From the NCBI GenBank assembly GCA_009780245.1, contig WRAJ01000002.1, positions 50,988 to 114,987 of the forward strand: a stretch of 64,000 nucleotides of DNA. The letters are read 5' to 3'. The notes beneath the pieces are model-generated. The model worked only from the letters and a program-made list of their open reading frames with translations, did no database searches and had not been told where the DNA came from. The position numbers were made by a program, and so were the translations under genes. Of the stretch, positions 1-8,786 are shown in pieces (the stretch's first letter is position 1; every line of letters starts with the position of its first letter). The DNA comes from Turicibacter sp. (GTDB lineage Bacteria; Bacillota_I; Bacilli_A; MOL361; Turicibacteraceae).

Positions 1-835
1 CTTCACAATTAAGGGTCGTTGTTAAGATATAAGGCGTAAATCCTAATTCCATTGCAGCTTTTGATGCAGATTCACACAACGCGCGAACTGATCCTGTGAT
101 CACTGTTTTTACATTATCAAGTGCTTTAGGTGTTTCTTGTGAAAGGTATGTTTTTTGTGCTGCACTCAACGCGAGGTTGTATTTCGCTACCACTGTCATT
201 GCGTCCTCGACTGTAGACTCATCAGGTGCAGCAGGTCCAGAGGCAATCGTATCTAATCGATCCCCTAATACATCAGACAAGACAACCGCGAAAACACTAG
301 CTGGTTGACATAACCCTGCAAAACGACCTGCTTTTACTTTGGAAAGTCTTTTGCGAATCATATTGATCTCAACAATATCTGCCCCACTGGCTAACATGTC
401 ATTATTCAATTTTGCTAATTCTTCCAAGGTAATGCCATCTTGCGGCGCCTCAAAGAGTGCAGAACCGCCACCCGAGACAAGGAATAGCACTTCATCGCGA
501 TCAGTGAGGTCACTGATGAGCTCGATCACTTTTTGAGTGGCTAAAACAGTAGCTTCATCCGGTGTTGGATGACCCGCTTCAAAGATGTCTAAGTTAGGTA
601 GGTCTCCCATCGCATGTTCATATTTCGTAATCACAACCCCTTTTTCTATTTTTTCTCCCAGATAATCAGTTGCTGCTTTTGCCATGGTCCATGCTGCCTT
701 CGCAATGGCAACAAGGTAAACCTTTTTTGACCCAAAGTCATGATTTTTTAGTGCCTGAATCACTGACTCCTCTGGCATGTTCTCAGCGATGATCTTTTGA
801 ATCATCAGTTGGGCAGATGCTTTAATTGCATTCAT
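1..835 (-). CDS. Glycerate 2-kinase (DUF4147/MOFRL, TtuD/GckA type); C-terminus cut by window edge
   Basis: Hand translation of the minus strand from ATG (complement of 833-835, GGAGG RBS upstream) gives MNAIKASAQLMIQKIIAENMPEE...DEVLFLVSGGGSALFE...IRKRLSKVKAGRFA... and stays open to position 1. It is absent from the ORF track because it has no stop inside the window. Sits next to a GntP permease and CdaR regulator. Confidence 0.7.
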   Translation of the reverse strand, partial: MNAIKASAQLMIQKIIAENMPEESVIQALKNHDFGSKKVYLVAIAKAAWTMAKAATDYLGEKIEKGVVITKYEHAMGDLPNLDIFEAGHPTPDEATVLATQKVIELISDLTDRDEVLFLVSGGGSALFEAPQDGITLEELAKLNNDMLASGADIVEINMIRKRLSKVKAGRFAGLCQPASVFAVVLSDVLGDRLDTIASGPAAPDESTVEDAMTVVAKYNLALSAAQKTYLSQETPKALDNVKTVITGSVRALCESASKAAMELGFTPYILTTTLNCE

Positions 836-869
836 TCTGAATACCTCCGATTTTTAGTTTTTTAACGCT

Positions 870-2267
870 CTAACTGACAAATAATGAAATGATAAAGATG
901 GTAACCATACAAGCAACACCTTGGACCACTGTCATGGTTGTCCAATTTTTGTAGCCTTCTTCAGGGGACATATCTGAAAGGTTGTTAACAACCCAGAAAT
1001 AAGAGTCATTAGCGTGCGATGCCATCATTGACCCAGCACCAATCGCCATCACTGTCAAAGTCGACATCATCGGTGAATCCATGCCAAGTGTGTACATCAA
1101 CGGTGCCATGATACCAGCCGTTGTGATCATCGCAACGGTTGAAGAACCTTGTGCTGTTTTAATAACGGCTGAAACTAGGAAGGGGAAGAATAAACCTAGT
1201 CCTGCTAAAATTTCAGAATGTTCACTAATGAAAGGTACCATGTCTGAAACGGCAATGACGCGTCCAAGAACACTACCAGCACCTGTGATGAATAAAATAG
1301 GTCCTAATGCTTTCAAAGTGTCATTTGTTAACGTGTTAAACTGATCCATTTTCTTTGAAACAACAAGAAGGAGGACAGCAAAAAGTAAGCCAATTCCTAA
1401 GGCAATAACAGGCGTTCCGATAAAACGCATGATATCTCCAAAGGTTCCACCCCAATCAGCGACATTCGCAATGGTTCCAAGCGCCATACAAACAATCGGA
1501 ATCAAAATCGGTGCTAAAGACAATAAACCATTTGGAAGTCCGCCAAATTCTTTTACAAGTTCTTCGTAAGTTTTCACAGTGCTGCTGTTTCCAAGTTCTA
1601 AATCTTCTTTAGATTTTGTCTTTTTACCGCATCGTGTTGCCCACCAATATGCGGCAATAAGTGCAGGAATAGAAACAATCACTGAGACGATCATCACCAA
1701 TAGTAATTGATCGCCTAATTCTAGCATTTCAGAGGCAGCAAGAGGTCCTGGTGTTAAGGGCACTAAAACGTGTGAGGTATATAAACCAGCCCCTAGCCCT
1801 ACTGCAGTTGCGACAGCACTGGTTCCAGTTTTCTTAACAATCGAACGCCTGACCGGGTTTAAAATAACGAACCCACTGTCGCAAAAAACAGGAACTGAAA
1901 CAATCCATCCCATGATTAACATGGACAAAGACGGACTTGTTTTTCCTAAAAGCTTAACCACTAAATCAGCTATTTTAAAAGCGCCACCGGTTACTTCTAA
2001 AATGGAACCAATGATCGCACCAAAAATAATAACCAAGCCAATTCCTGTGAAGATTGCCGAGAAGCCTTCCCCCATAATACCGGCAATACTCGTGATAGTA
2101 TTCCCATCAGCATCCACTTGATTGACAATGGGAATACCTGCAATCAATCCTAAAATGATCGCAACACCCATAATAGCTAAAAATGGATGGACTTTCCATT
2201 TTGCAATGGCCAAAACCATCACAACAATGGAAATGAAGAATACGAAAATTAATGCTAAACCTGTCAT
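870..2267 (-). CDS. GntP-family permease (gluconate/glycerate:H+ symporter family)
   Basis: 465-aa polytopic membrane protein with typical GntP length and hydrophobic pattern. Lies downstream of the glycerate kinase gene on the same strand and is divergent from cdaR. Confidence 0.8.
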   Translation of the reverse strand: MTGLALIFVFFISIVVMVLAIAKWKVHPFLAIMGVAIILGLIAGIPIVNQVDADGNTITSIAGIMGEGFSAIFTGIGLVIIFGAIIGSILEVTGGAFKIADLVVKLLGKTSPSLSMLIMGWIVSVPVFCDSGFVILNPVRRSIVKKTGTSAVATAVGLGAGLYTSHVLVPLTPGPLAASEMLELGDQLLLVMIVSVIVSIPALIAAYWWATRCGKKTKSKEDLELGNSSTVKTYEELVKEFGGLPNGLLSLAPILIPIVCMALGTIANVADWGGTFGDIMRFIGTPVIALGIGLLFAVLLLVVSKKMDQFNTLTNDTLKALGPILFITGAGSVLGRVIAVSDMVPFISEHSEILAGLGLFFPFLVSAVIKTAQGSSTVAMITTAGIMAPLMYTLGMDSPMMSTLTVMAIGAGSMMASHANDSYFWVVNNLSDMSPEEGYKNWTTMTVVQGVACMVTIFIISLFVS

Positions 2268-2540
2268 AATAACTCCAACTCCTTTTTCTATATAATGTCG
2301 CCTCTATATAGGCACTGCCAGTTCTTTTGCAATGCTTTTAGTCGAAATTATACCTGAATTCATCTGCATTTGAAAATGTTCTGAATAACCAAAAAATCCG
2401 ACACAATCCCCCCTTGACTTGTTTTCTATGACAAAGTTTTCTTTAATTTCAACTCATTCGACATTCAAGCTTGATTTATAGTTACTGTTTGCGATAAAAT
2501 AGAAAAAAACAATGTATCATCCAATCCAGGAGGCCTACAG

Positions 2541-3617
2541 ATGAAAATTTCATCAAGTTTAGCTCAAAACATCGTTGATAATATGCGGATGGTGTTAAAT
2601 CACCAAGTTAACTTCATGGATATGAATGGTTTCATTATTGCCAGTTCAGATCCAGAACGAATTAATACCTTTCACGGCGGTGCTGCCGTTGTCTTAAAGC
2701 GAAAAACACCTTTATTTATCGCATACGACGGTCAGTATGAAGGTGCACGAAAAGGCATCAATATGCCTATCTTTTTTGATCGTCAAGTGATTGGCGTCAT
2801 TGGTGTAAGCGGTGATTCAGAAGTTGAGAAGTACACGGAAATTGTCAAAGCAATGACTGAAATTCTTATTAAAGAAGCTTATTTAAATGTGATGTCTTTT
2901 CAAAATCGTGAAAAACACCGACTCATTATTGAAACATTGCTTCTTGATGCTGGTAATCTGACTTATGATACCTTGTTTGGCATTGATTTTTCAGATGAAT
3001 ATCACGTTGCAGTAGGTAGTCCCCCTACCACCGACTATGATCTAAGTTATTTGCACCAACTCCTAGAATCTGTCTTCGCCAATCATTCAAAAATTTTTTT
3101 TACCATTAGCCACTCATTAATCATTATTTTAGCGCCAAGGATACACTTAAATGAATTACTAATCAACATTCAAAATAAAGCCAATGACCGCTATGAGATG
3201 AATCTGAATTTTGGTATTGGGTTGGCTAGCTTGCAGCGCATTGATATGAAAAAATCTTTTGAAACTGCAAAACAAGGTTTAAACTGGGCCATTTCACAAG
3301 GTTTTGAGCGACAACTTATTTATTTTGAAGATTTAGACTTAGGGATGATCGTTGCTACAACGTCAGAGGACGTCAGAAGGTTATTTCAAATGAAAATTTT
3401 CCATGCCTTTGAAGAAAAAGATTGGCAACAATTTCGTAAAATTATGAAATCTTTCGCCAAGCATAATGGGAGTTTAAATGCGTGCGCTGACGAGCTTTTC
3501 ATTCATAAAAACACCCTACAGTATCAACTTAATAAAATTAAAATTTTAACCAGTTATGACCCACGAAATTATCGAGATTTCTCTGTTTTATATATGGCTT
3601 TGTTATTGCATGAGTAG
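2541..3617 (+). CDS. cdaR: CdaR/PucR-family sugar-diacid (carbohydrate diacid) regulator
   Basis: 358 aa. N-terminal diacid-recognition-like region (MKISSSLAQNIVDNM...FMDMNGFIIASSDPERI) and C-terminal PucR-type HTH (LFIHKNTLQYQLNKIK). AGGAGG RBS upstream. Confidence 0.8.
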   Translation: MKISSSLAQNIVDNMRMVLNHQVNFMDMNGFIIASSDPERINTFHGGAAVVLKRKTPLFIAYDGQYEGARKGINMPIFFDRQVIGVIGVSGDSEVEKYTEIVKAMTEILIKEAYLNVMSFQNREKHRLIIETLLLDAGNLTYDTLFGIDFSDEYHVAVGSPPTTDYDLSYLHQLLESVFANHSKIFFTISHSLIIILAPRIHLNELLINIQNKANDRYEMNLNFGIGLASLQRIDMKKSFETAKQGLNWAISQGFERQLIYFEDLDLGMIVATTSEDVRRLFQMKIFHAFEEKDWQQFRKIMKSFAKHNGSLNACADELFIHKNTLQYQLNKIKILTSYDPRNYRDFSVLYMALLLHE

Positions 3618-3630
3618 AAAGTAAAAAATA

Positions 3631-4758
3631 TTAATCCCAGAAAGTAACGTCTTCTTGGAAAAATTCATTCATGAAAAACCCGCCATAATCGGTTGGGCTT
3701 TCATTGAAAGTGAAAAATCGCCTTACACCCGCTTCATCTATAAACGTAAAACCACTTGCTGGGAAGGTTCCCATGCCAAAATATTCTCGAATTAATAGTG
3801 GTTGATGAGGGTGTAAATACCCAACAAAAAATAAAACATCAACTGCCTCGAAAGCATTGAGCATCATATCAAGATAAACGCTAATAACAGCAAATTCTCG
3901 CAACACGGTCGCCGGAGCAATTAGTAAAGTGTCAGTATGATACGCTCTCACACCGCGAGCGTCTGCATAGTTAAACTCCACGACATCATGGCGTGTTTCG
4001 CGCAGCCATTCAATTCTGATGTCTGGTGTGGTAATAGGGGCAACTTCTGGCGTCATCCCTGCTACGTTTCCGGTATCTGGTGAGGTTGGGTTGACAGGAA
4101 TTCTTAACAATTGTCCAACGGTTATGTCAGTTGATGTCCCTAACCCATTTAACTGTTGTAAGACTTCCACTGTTGTGCCGTGTTGCTGTGAAAGTGAAAA
4201 TAATGTGTTGCCTGCTACCACTTCGTGATAGAAATAATCTAACAGATCGTAATCATGACTCCAATCAAACGGTCGCCAGTGGATATTACCGTCCATTTGA
4301 CTCTGCTGGAAAACATACCAGTTACTTTCACCGTCAGGATCGACAAAGTAAAAACCACTTGTCGGCAATGTTCCCATGACAAAATAATCGGTTAACACAA
4401 GGGGTGCGTTCAAAGCAATGTCCCCAACCTCGTTTAAAATACCCGTCTTTACTGCCGAGCCATCTTCTACAACGGTTACGCCGATGAATGTGAAGTCGGT
4501 TACGGGATGGCTAAAGTTAAAGAGTAAGTTCAGACCATCTTCGAATGTGCCATCGCGATAAGCAACGCTCGTCACATGTTCTAATTCAGCAAGCTCATCT
4601 TCGGTTAGAATTTCAATGAAGAATGTGAACGCTTCTTCTGGCTCAGTTGTTGGTTCGGTCTCTTCTTCGACAGGTGGAGTTTCATCTGCATCATCGGTAC
4701 ACGCGACTAGTGCGAACAAATTAAAGAGCATTAAAAATAACATCAGTTTTTTTGACAT
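3631..4758 (-). CDS. Lipoprotein with a central LysM domain flanked by two homologous domains
   Basis: Signal peptide with lipobox (LFALVAC). LysM motif HEVVAGNTLFSLSQQHGTTVEVLQQLNGL...GQLLRIPV. Both flanking halves share a Y/F-x-MGT-x-P-x-SGF-x-F-x-D motif. Confidence 0.7.
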   Translation of the reverse strand: MSKKLMLFLMLFNLFALVACTDDADETPPVEEETEPTTEPEEAFTFFIEILTEDELAELEHVTSVAYRDGTFEDGLNLLFNFSHPVTDFTFIGVTVVEDGSAVKTGILNEVGDIALNAPLVLTDYFVMGTLPTSGFYFVDPDGESNWYVFQQSQMDGNIHWRPFDWSHDYDLLDYFYHEVVAGNTLFSLSQQHGTTVEVLQQLNGLGTSTDITVGQLLRIPVNPTSPDTGNVAGMTPEVAPITTPDIRIEWLRETRHDVVEFNYADARGVRAYHTDTLLIAPATVLREFAVISVYLDMMLNAFEAVDVLFFVGYLHPHQPLLIREYFGMGTFPASGFTFIDEAGVRRFFTFNESPTDYGGFFMNEFFQEDVTFWD

Positions 4759-4979
4759 ATAAAATCACCTCTCTGCATTATATCATGAAACGCTAACTTT
4801 GCACAAAAGAAAAAGGCTATTTCGTTCAAGAAAGATTGACAAAATAACCTAGTCTCAACATTGATAATGCAGTAAATTTTTATTTTTTCTTATTTTACTG
4901 GATGATTGCAATGAAACAGCGATATCTTAGCGTTAACCATACAGGGAATCCTCGTTTTTATTTATTTTACTGGACTTTG

Positions 4980-5417
4980 TTAGAAGATCTTCCAGAAGTT
5001 CTTCTGATCCTTGCGATTTTTATAACCGCAGCTAATATAAAACTTGTGGGCATTCAAGCGATTGAAGCCCGAGACCAATCGAACACCTTCACTACCGTCG
5101 TCTTTAGCCCATTGCTCTAATCTTTCAAGCAATTTTCTGCCAATGCCACACCCCTGATATTCATCTAACACCGCGAGTCCGATAACGTCTTTGAGTGGTG
5201 GCGTGTAAGTGGTATGATAGTCGCTACCATGAATGTAACCAACAGCATGATCTTCCACAATCGCAACAAAGATTTTAGCCGTTTCACTCTCAAGTATACC
5301 TAGCAATTGTGACGTTGTTGATGCGATATCATAGTCGTATCCAAGGGCTAAATTGATTTTCTGGATGCTTATCGCATCTTCATTTCTGGCTTCACGAATC
5401 ACAATTTTATTGGTCAT
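4980..5417 (-). CDS. GNAT-family N-acetyltransferase
   Basis: 145 aa with acetyl-CoA binding motif (YQGCGIGRKLLERLEQWA). Confidence 0.8.
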   Translation of the reverse strand: MTNKIVIREARNEDAISIQKINLALGYDYDIASTTSQLLGILESETAKIFVAIVEDHAVGYIHGSDYHTTYTPPLKDVIGLAVLDEYQGCGIGRKLLERLEQWAKDDGSEGVRLVSGFNRLNAHKFYISCGYKNRKDQKNFWKIF

Positions 5418-5435
5418 AACAATCCTCCAATTTAT

Positions 5436-6218
5436 TTAATCATTTTGTTTTTTTGCTTTCACCTTCCCCAAAGTCAACACGTAAACCGTGTATTCATCAA
5501 TTCCGTTAAACCCAAACACTTCGTCGCATAGCTTTTGGTCGTAAGCGGCTAAACAACAGCTTCCTAATCCTAAAGCCGTAGCACTAAGCATCATATTTTG
5601 TCCAACGTGACCCAAGTCAATCAGCATGGCACGGTGTGCAGCATCGTTGTAACGCCACTCTGAGCGATACGGAATACAACTAACAAATAACATCACTGGT
5701 GCCTTCGTTACCCACTTCTGCCCCACTAGCAGGTCATTCATCTTCGTTTCGTAATCATCAAATAATGGCCCAAGGCGTTCGATGGTGACTTTCTTTTCAC
5801 CGATATGTTCAGTTGGCACATAATGATACAGTCCTGGTTCTAATCCGGAGACATTTTTAACCGCTATGTACAGTTCAAACGGATGCCTAGCTCCCCCACT
5901 TGGCACAGGTCGCAAGTAAGCGACCCCACTTTTTCCTCGCATTTGTTGCATGCCTTGTGTACTCCACAACATAAAGGCTAGTTGCTCTTGCGTTAGCGCC
6001 TCATCCGTGTAAACACGTTCGCTTCGCCTTGTGTCAAGTAAATCCAAATAAGACGAACAAGTGACGGTATCATCAAAGGCAGGCAAGGTGATAAATTCAC
6101 CCGTTCGGTGATGTTCGTAACTAGGTGCTTCTACCCCGTTTTTTTGATCGCTTTTTTCCATGCTCGCTGTGAAAGACGGACACTGCATAAACGTTCTATT
6201 TTTTATTATTTCATTCAT
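5436..6218 (-). CDS. SagB/ThcOx-type nitroreductase-fold dehydrogenase
   Basis: Motifs RRSERVY...LAFMLWSTQG...GGARHPFELY...GLGSCCL. Start moved to MNEIIKN (AGGAG 10 nt upstream) rather than the ORF-track start at 6239. Confidence 0.6.
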   Translation of the reverse strand: MNEIIKNRTFMQCPSFTASMEKSDQKNGVEAPSYEHHRTGEFITLPAFDDTVTCSSYLDLLDTRRSERVYTDEALTQEQLAFMLWSTQGMQQMRGKSGVAYLRPVPSGGARHPFELYIAVKNVSGLEPGLYHYVPTEHIGEKKVTIERLGPLFDDYETKMNDLLVGQKWVTKAPVMLFVSCIPYRSEWRYNDAAHRAMLIDLGHVGQNMMLSATALGLGSCCLAAYDQKLCDEVFGFNGIDEYTVYVLTLGKVKAKKQND

Positions 6219-6244
6219 CAGATAACAACTCCTGTTCATTTTAT

Positions 6245-7000
6245 TTAAAAGCGTGAAAAATATAAAGGATCCTTTTTTAAGTGCGATGCCACCATGTTTC
6301 TTAATTTTTTAGCCGACATCAGTAGCGTTGTTGCAGCACCAAATTTTCCTAACGTCATAACGCCTTCTTCTATCGCTTGCGGCTCGATCTTACTAAAAGC
6401 TTCCGATCCGACTCTACCAGTATGATGATACTGCGGCGTATGAAGTCGCTTGCCTTCATGATTAATCACATAAAAATCCTTTCTATGCGGAGATAGATCA
6501 CTTTGTGCTCCGTCCCATTCTTCGATGCCGTGAATAAATGTATTTCGGGTCGAGTTCACACCAATGAGTAAAATTTGTGCGTCTTTTTCCCATAGTTTAT
6601 AATAGGCGCCGCCTTTGCCACAAGGCGTTTCTAACTTTTCTTCTCCTGCGACAAACTCAGCAGCAGCTTTTCCCAGTGCAACGACCGAATGAGCAGGATG
6701 CAAAGAACGGTGCACTTCTGGTCGTTTACGAAACAGTTCCGTTAACGCACCGACACAGCTAGGGGTGTGAATCACATCCATCACGGGATTTTTTTCAGTT
6801 ACATTCCCCCAAGTGTGACTTGGTAGTACAAGCAGACCTGGTTTCATGTAGGTTGCTAAGGCATCTAAAACCGTGTCGCCGCGCCCTTCTACTTCTCCAA
6901 TGGCTTTGTAAGAGACATGGATCTTTAACGTGCCGCTTGGATCAATGTTTAATGCCGACAACTGATTCAGTAAATCTTGCTTGGTATACAATTTAAACAC
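6245..7000 (-). CDS. AAC(3)-family aminoglycoside N3-acetyltransferase-like protein (YokD-like)
   Basis: 251 aa, GTG start. LKIHVSYKAIGEVEGRGDTVLDAL and NTFIHGIEEW resemble conserved AAC(3) blocks. Confidence 0.65.
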   Translation of the reverse strand: MFKLYTKQDLLNQLSALNIDPSGTLKIHVSYKAIGEVEGRGDTVLDALATYMKPGLLVLPSHTWGNVTEKNPVMDVIHTPSCVGALTELFRKRPEVHRSLHPAHSVVALGKAAAEFVAGEEKLETPCGKGGAYYKLWEKDAQILLIGVNSTRNTFIHGIEEWDGAQSDLSPHRKDFYVINHEGKRLHTPQYHHTGRVGSEAFSKIEPQAIEEGVMTLGKFGAATTLLMSAKKLRNMVASHLKKDPLYFSRF

Positions 7001-7170
7001 GTCCTTTCTTTTTTCTAACGCTTCCTATATCTTATCACACTTCTATCAATCTGCCACTAGTCAAAACGTTTTGGATGAGGATTTTCCTACTTTATCCCAC
7101 TAGATATTCGAAATTCCCGTTTAGAACGCTATTTTTCTTGCTTTTTCTGTCGATTAGTACACATTATTGC

Positions 7171-7199
7171 TTGCAAACAATCTTTAAATTAGGTATAAT
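7171..7199 (+). promoter_or_regulatory. Sigma-A type promoter for the AgrC-like kinase (TTGCAA-17-TATAAT)
   Basis: TTGCAA at 7171-7176, 17-nt spacer, TATAAT at 7194-7199, about 40 nt upstream of the kinase start. Confidence 0.5.
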
Positions 7200-7237
7200 T
7201 CAGCTAAATGATGTTGCGATTTAGTGAGGAGAAACAG

Positions 7238-8497
7238 ATGATTACAAATTATTATTGGTTTATTATTTCGATCGTTATGTGTTTTTGTGACACAGTCATT
7301 CTTTATGTGGTGGCGCACCGTGTTGGTGGGCATAAGTTTAATTTGTCTAGAAAAAAACTAACGCTTGAACTGATCATTGGTGTCATTTATGGGATAGTGA
7401 TGGGTTCTATTTTTTATTTTAATGCAGGGAATGCAACTTATCGTGTATTGGGTTACACCATTTTGACTACTTTTGTCATGTTCTTAACAAAGCGAAAAAT
7501 TGTTGAAGCGGTTATTTTGTTTTCTTTCTTCTTTTTAGTTGTATCAGTTATACAAATTGCATTCTTTTTCCCCTTCTTGTTGTTATTAGATTTAAATCAA
7601 GATATACTGAGTTTTATTGTTTATCTCATTTCAATGGTAGTAACAATTTCTTTATGCCTCGCTGTAAAATTTCATCCGATATTTTTATTATTCCAACAAA
7701 AGCTGTATTTGAAGATCGGTGCTTTTTTATTGTTTATTGTATCGAATCTAATCCTGGTCATCGCAGATTTTGATCGCGCACATATGTTAGAACAAGTCAT
7801 TATCATTAGCATCTTTGCCTTTATTACCTTTTTTGGAATCATCATGACTTTCGTTACCGCTCAGGAAAAGATTGATCAATCAAGTGATAAATACCACGAT
7901 GTTGTTAATATGTTTAACGGACTTTATGTTTCTATAAAAGCTGGTGATGATTTTCATGAAATTGAACGCCAAGTGGATGAAATTAAAAAACACCTAAGTG
8001 GAGAAGAAACAACCGCTCATAATTCCGGTGATGATCATGTTGAAAATCTTGAAGCACTTCTTTACGAAAAGCTAGCAGAGAAAAACAAAACGAACAAGCT
8101 TATTCTCGATCTTGGTTATTTTGCCCCTCATAAAGAAGTATCGTTTGCCAATCTGATGGTGATGTTAGGAATTTTATTTGATAATGCTCTAGATCATGGT
8201 AAAGATAAACCTATTTTTGTCGATCTCAACGTTTCAAGTTCTATTCTTGAATTAACCGTCAAAAATTCATCCGAAAAAAAATCAGAAAAAGCGATGCAAA
8301 AAATATTTAAAAAAGGCTATTCAACAAAAGAGAACTTGGGACATGGAAAAGGCCTTTATAACCTCGAGCAACTAGTAAGAGAACACCATACTGAACAATT
8401 TAATGCGACGCTCTCATCGGAATGCTACTACGATGAAGCGTATGAAAACTATTATTTTGCTATTACAATTGACATCACAGATAAAAACTTTCTATAA
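7238..8497 (+). CDS. AgrC-like (HPK10, LytTR-associated type) membrane sensor histidine kinase; no cognate regulator adjacent
   Basis: N-terminal half has about 6-7 hydrophobic helices. H-box KYHDVVNMFNGL, N-box LGILFDNALDH, G-box GYSTKENLGHGKGLYNLEQL. Start set at MITNYYW (GAGGAG RBS 6 nt upstream) instead of 7208. Visibly AT-rich. Confidence 0.75.
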   Translation: MITNYYWFIISIVMCFCDTVILYVVAHRVGGHKFNLSRKKLTLELIIGVIYGIVMGSIFYFNAGNATYRVLGYTILTTFVMFLTKRKIVEAVILFSFFFLVVSVIQIAFFFPFLLLLDLNQDILSFIVYLISMVVTISLCLAVKFHPIFLLFQQKLYLKIGAFLLFIVSNLILVIADFDRAHMLEQVIIISIFAFITFFGIIMTFVTAQEKIDQSSDKYHDVVNMFNGLYVSIKAGDDFHEIERQVDEIKKHLSGEETTAHNSGDDHVENLEALLYEKLAEKNKTNKLILDLGYFAPHKEVSFANLMVMLGILFDNALDHGKDKPIFVDLNVSSSILELTVKNSSEKKSEKAMQKIFKKGYSTKENLGHGKGLYNLEQLVREHHTEQFNATLSSECYYDEAYENYYFAITIDITDKNFL

Positions 8498-8506
8498 GCA
8501 CAAAAT

Positions 8507-8537
8507 AAAAAGATACCGTCACAGAGTATCTTTTTTT
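8507..8537. terminator. Bidirectional intrinsic terminator shared by the kinase gene and the AgrD-like gene
   Basis: AAAAGATAC-cgtcacaga-GTATCTTTT, a 9-bp stem flanked by an A-run and a T-run. Confidence 0.6.
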
Positions 8538-8674
8538 GATAATAATTTTGCTGGAAATTCAGGCTCTCCGATAATCATAAATATACATCTCGTATTTCCT
8601 GCTGCAATCGGAGCAAGCGCGAGCAAAAATGCTGATAGTTTAAGCAAAGCTGACCTTCTTCTAGATTTATCCAT
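8519..8674 (-). CDS. AgrD-like autoinducing-peptide precursor (51 aa), not in ORF track
   Basis: Hand translation: MDKSRRRSALLKLSAFLLALAPIAAGNTRCIFMIIGEPEFPAKLLSKKDTL. AGGAG RBS 8 nt upstream and its own consensus promoter. The layout (basic/hydrophobic N-terminal helix, Cys+4 ring candidate CIFMI, then acidic E-P-E-F-P-A-K-L tail) parallels S. aureus AgrD ...YSTCDFIM-DEVEVPKEL. Confidence 0.5.
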   Translation of the reverse strand: MDKSRRRSALLKLSAFLLALAPIAAGNTRCIFMIIGEPEFPAKLLSKKDTL

Positions 8675-8733
8675 GATAAAAACTCCTTTCATTCGCATTG
8701 CTCCCTCTCATGCAAGACTTTCTTTTATAGTTA

Positions 8734-8762
8734 ATTATACCCCCATTAACGACAAATTGCAA
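8734..8762 (-). promoter_or_regulatory. Sigma-A type promoter for the AgrD-like ORF (TTGCAA-17-TATAAT)
   Basis: Minus-strand read: TTGCAAtttgtcgttaatgggggTATAAT. Lies just downstream of the galT stop. Confidence 0.55.
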
Positions 8763-8786
8763 GACTTTTTTGAAAATTTCACCCAC

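Noticed and set aside
96-536. Two plus-strand ORFs (70 and 65 aa) at the window start
   Set aside because: They are antisense to a clearly recognisable glycerate kinase reading frame that is open across the whole region.
5436-6239. SagB-type dehydrogenase as the marker of a thiazole/oxazole RiPP cluster
   Set aside because: No YcaO cyclodehydratase, precursor peptide, protease or ABC exporter is nearby. The neighbours are GNAT and AAC(3)-type acetyltransferases, so it is more likely a standalone nitroreductase-fold enzyme.
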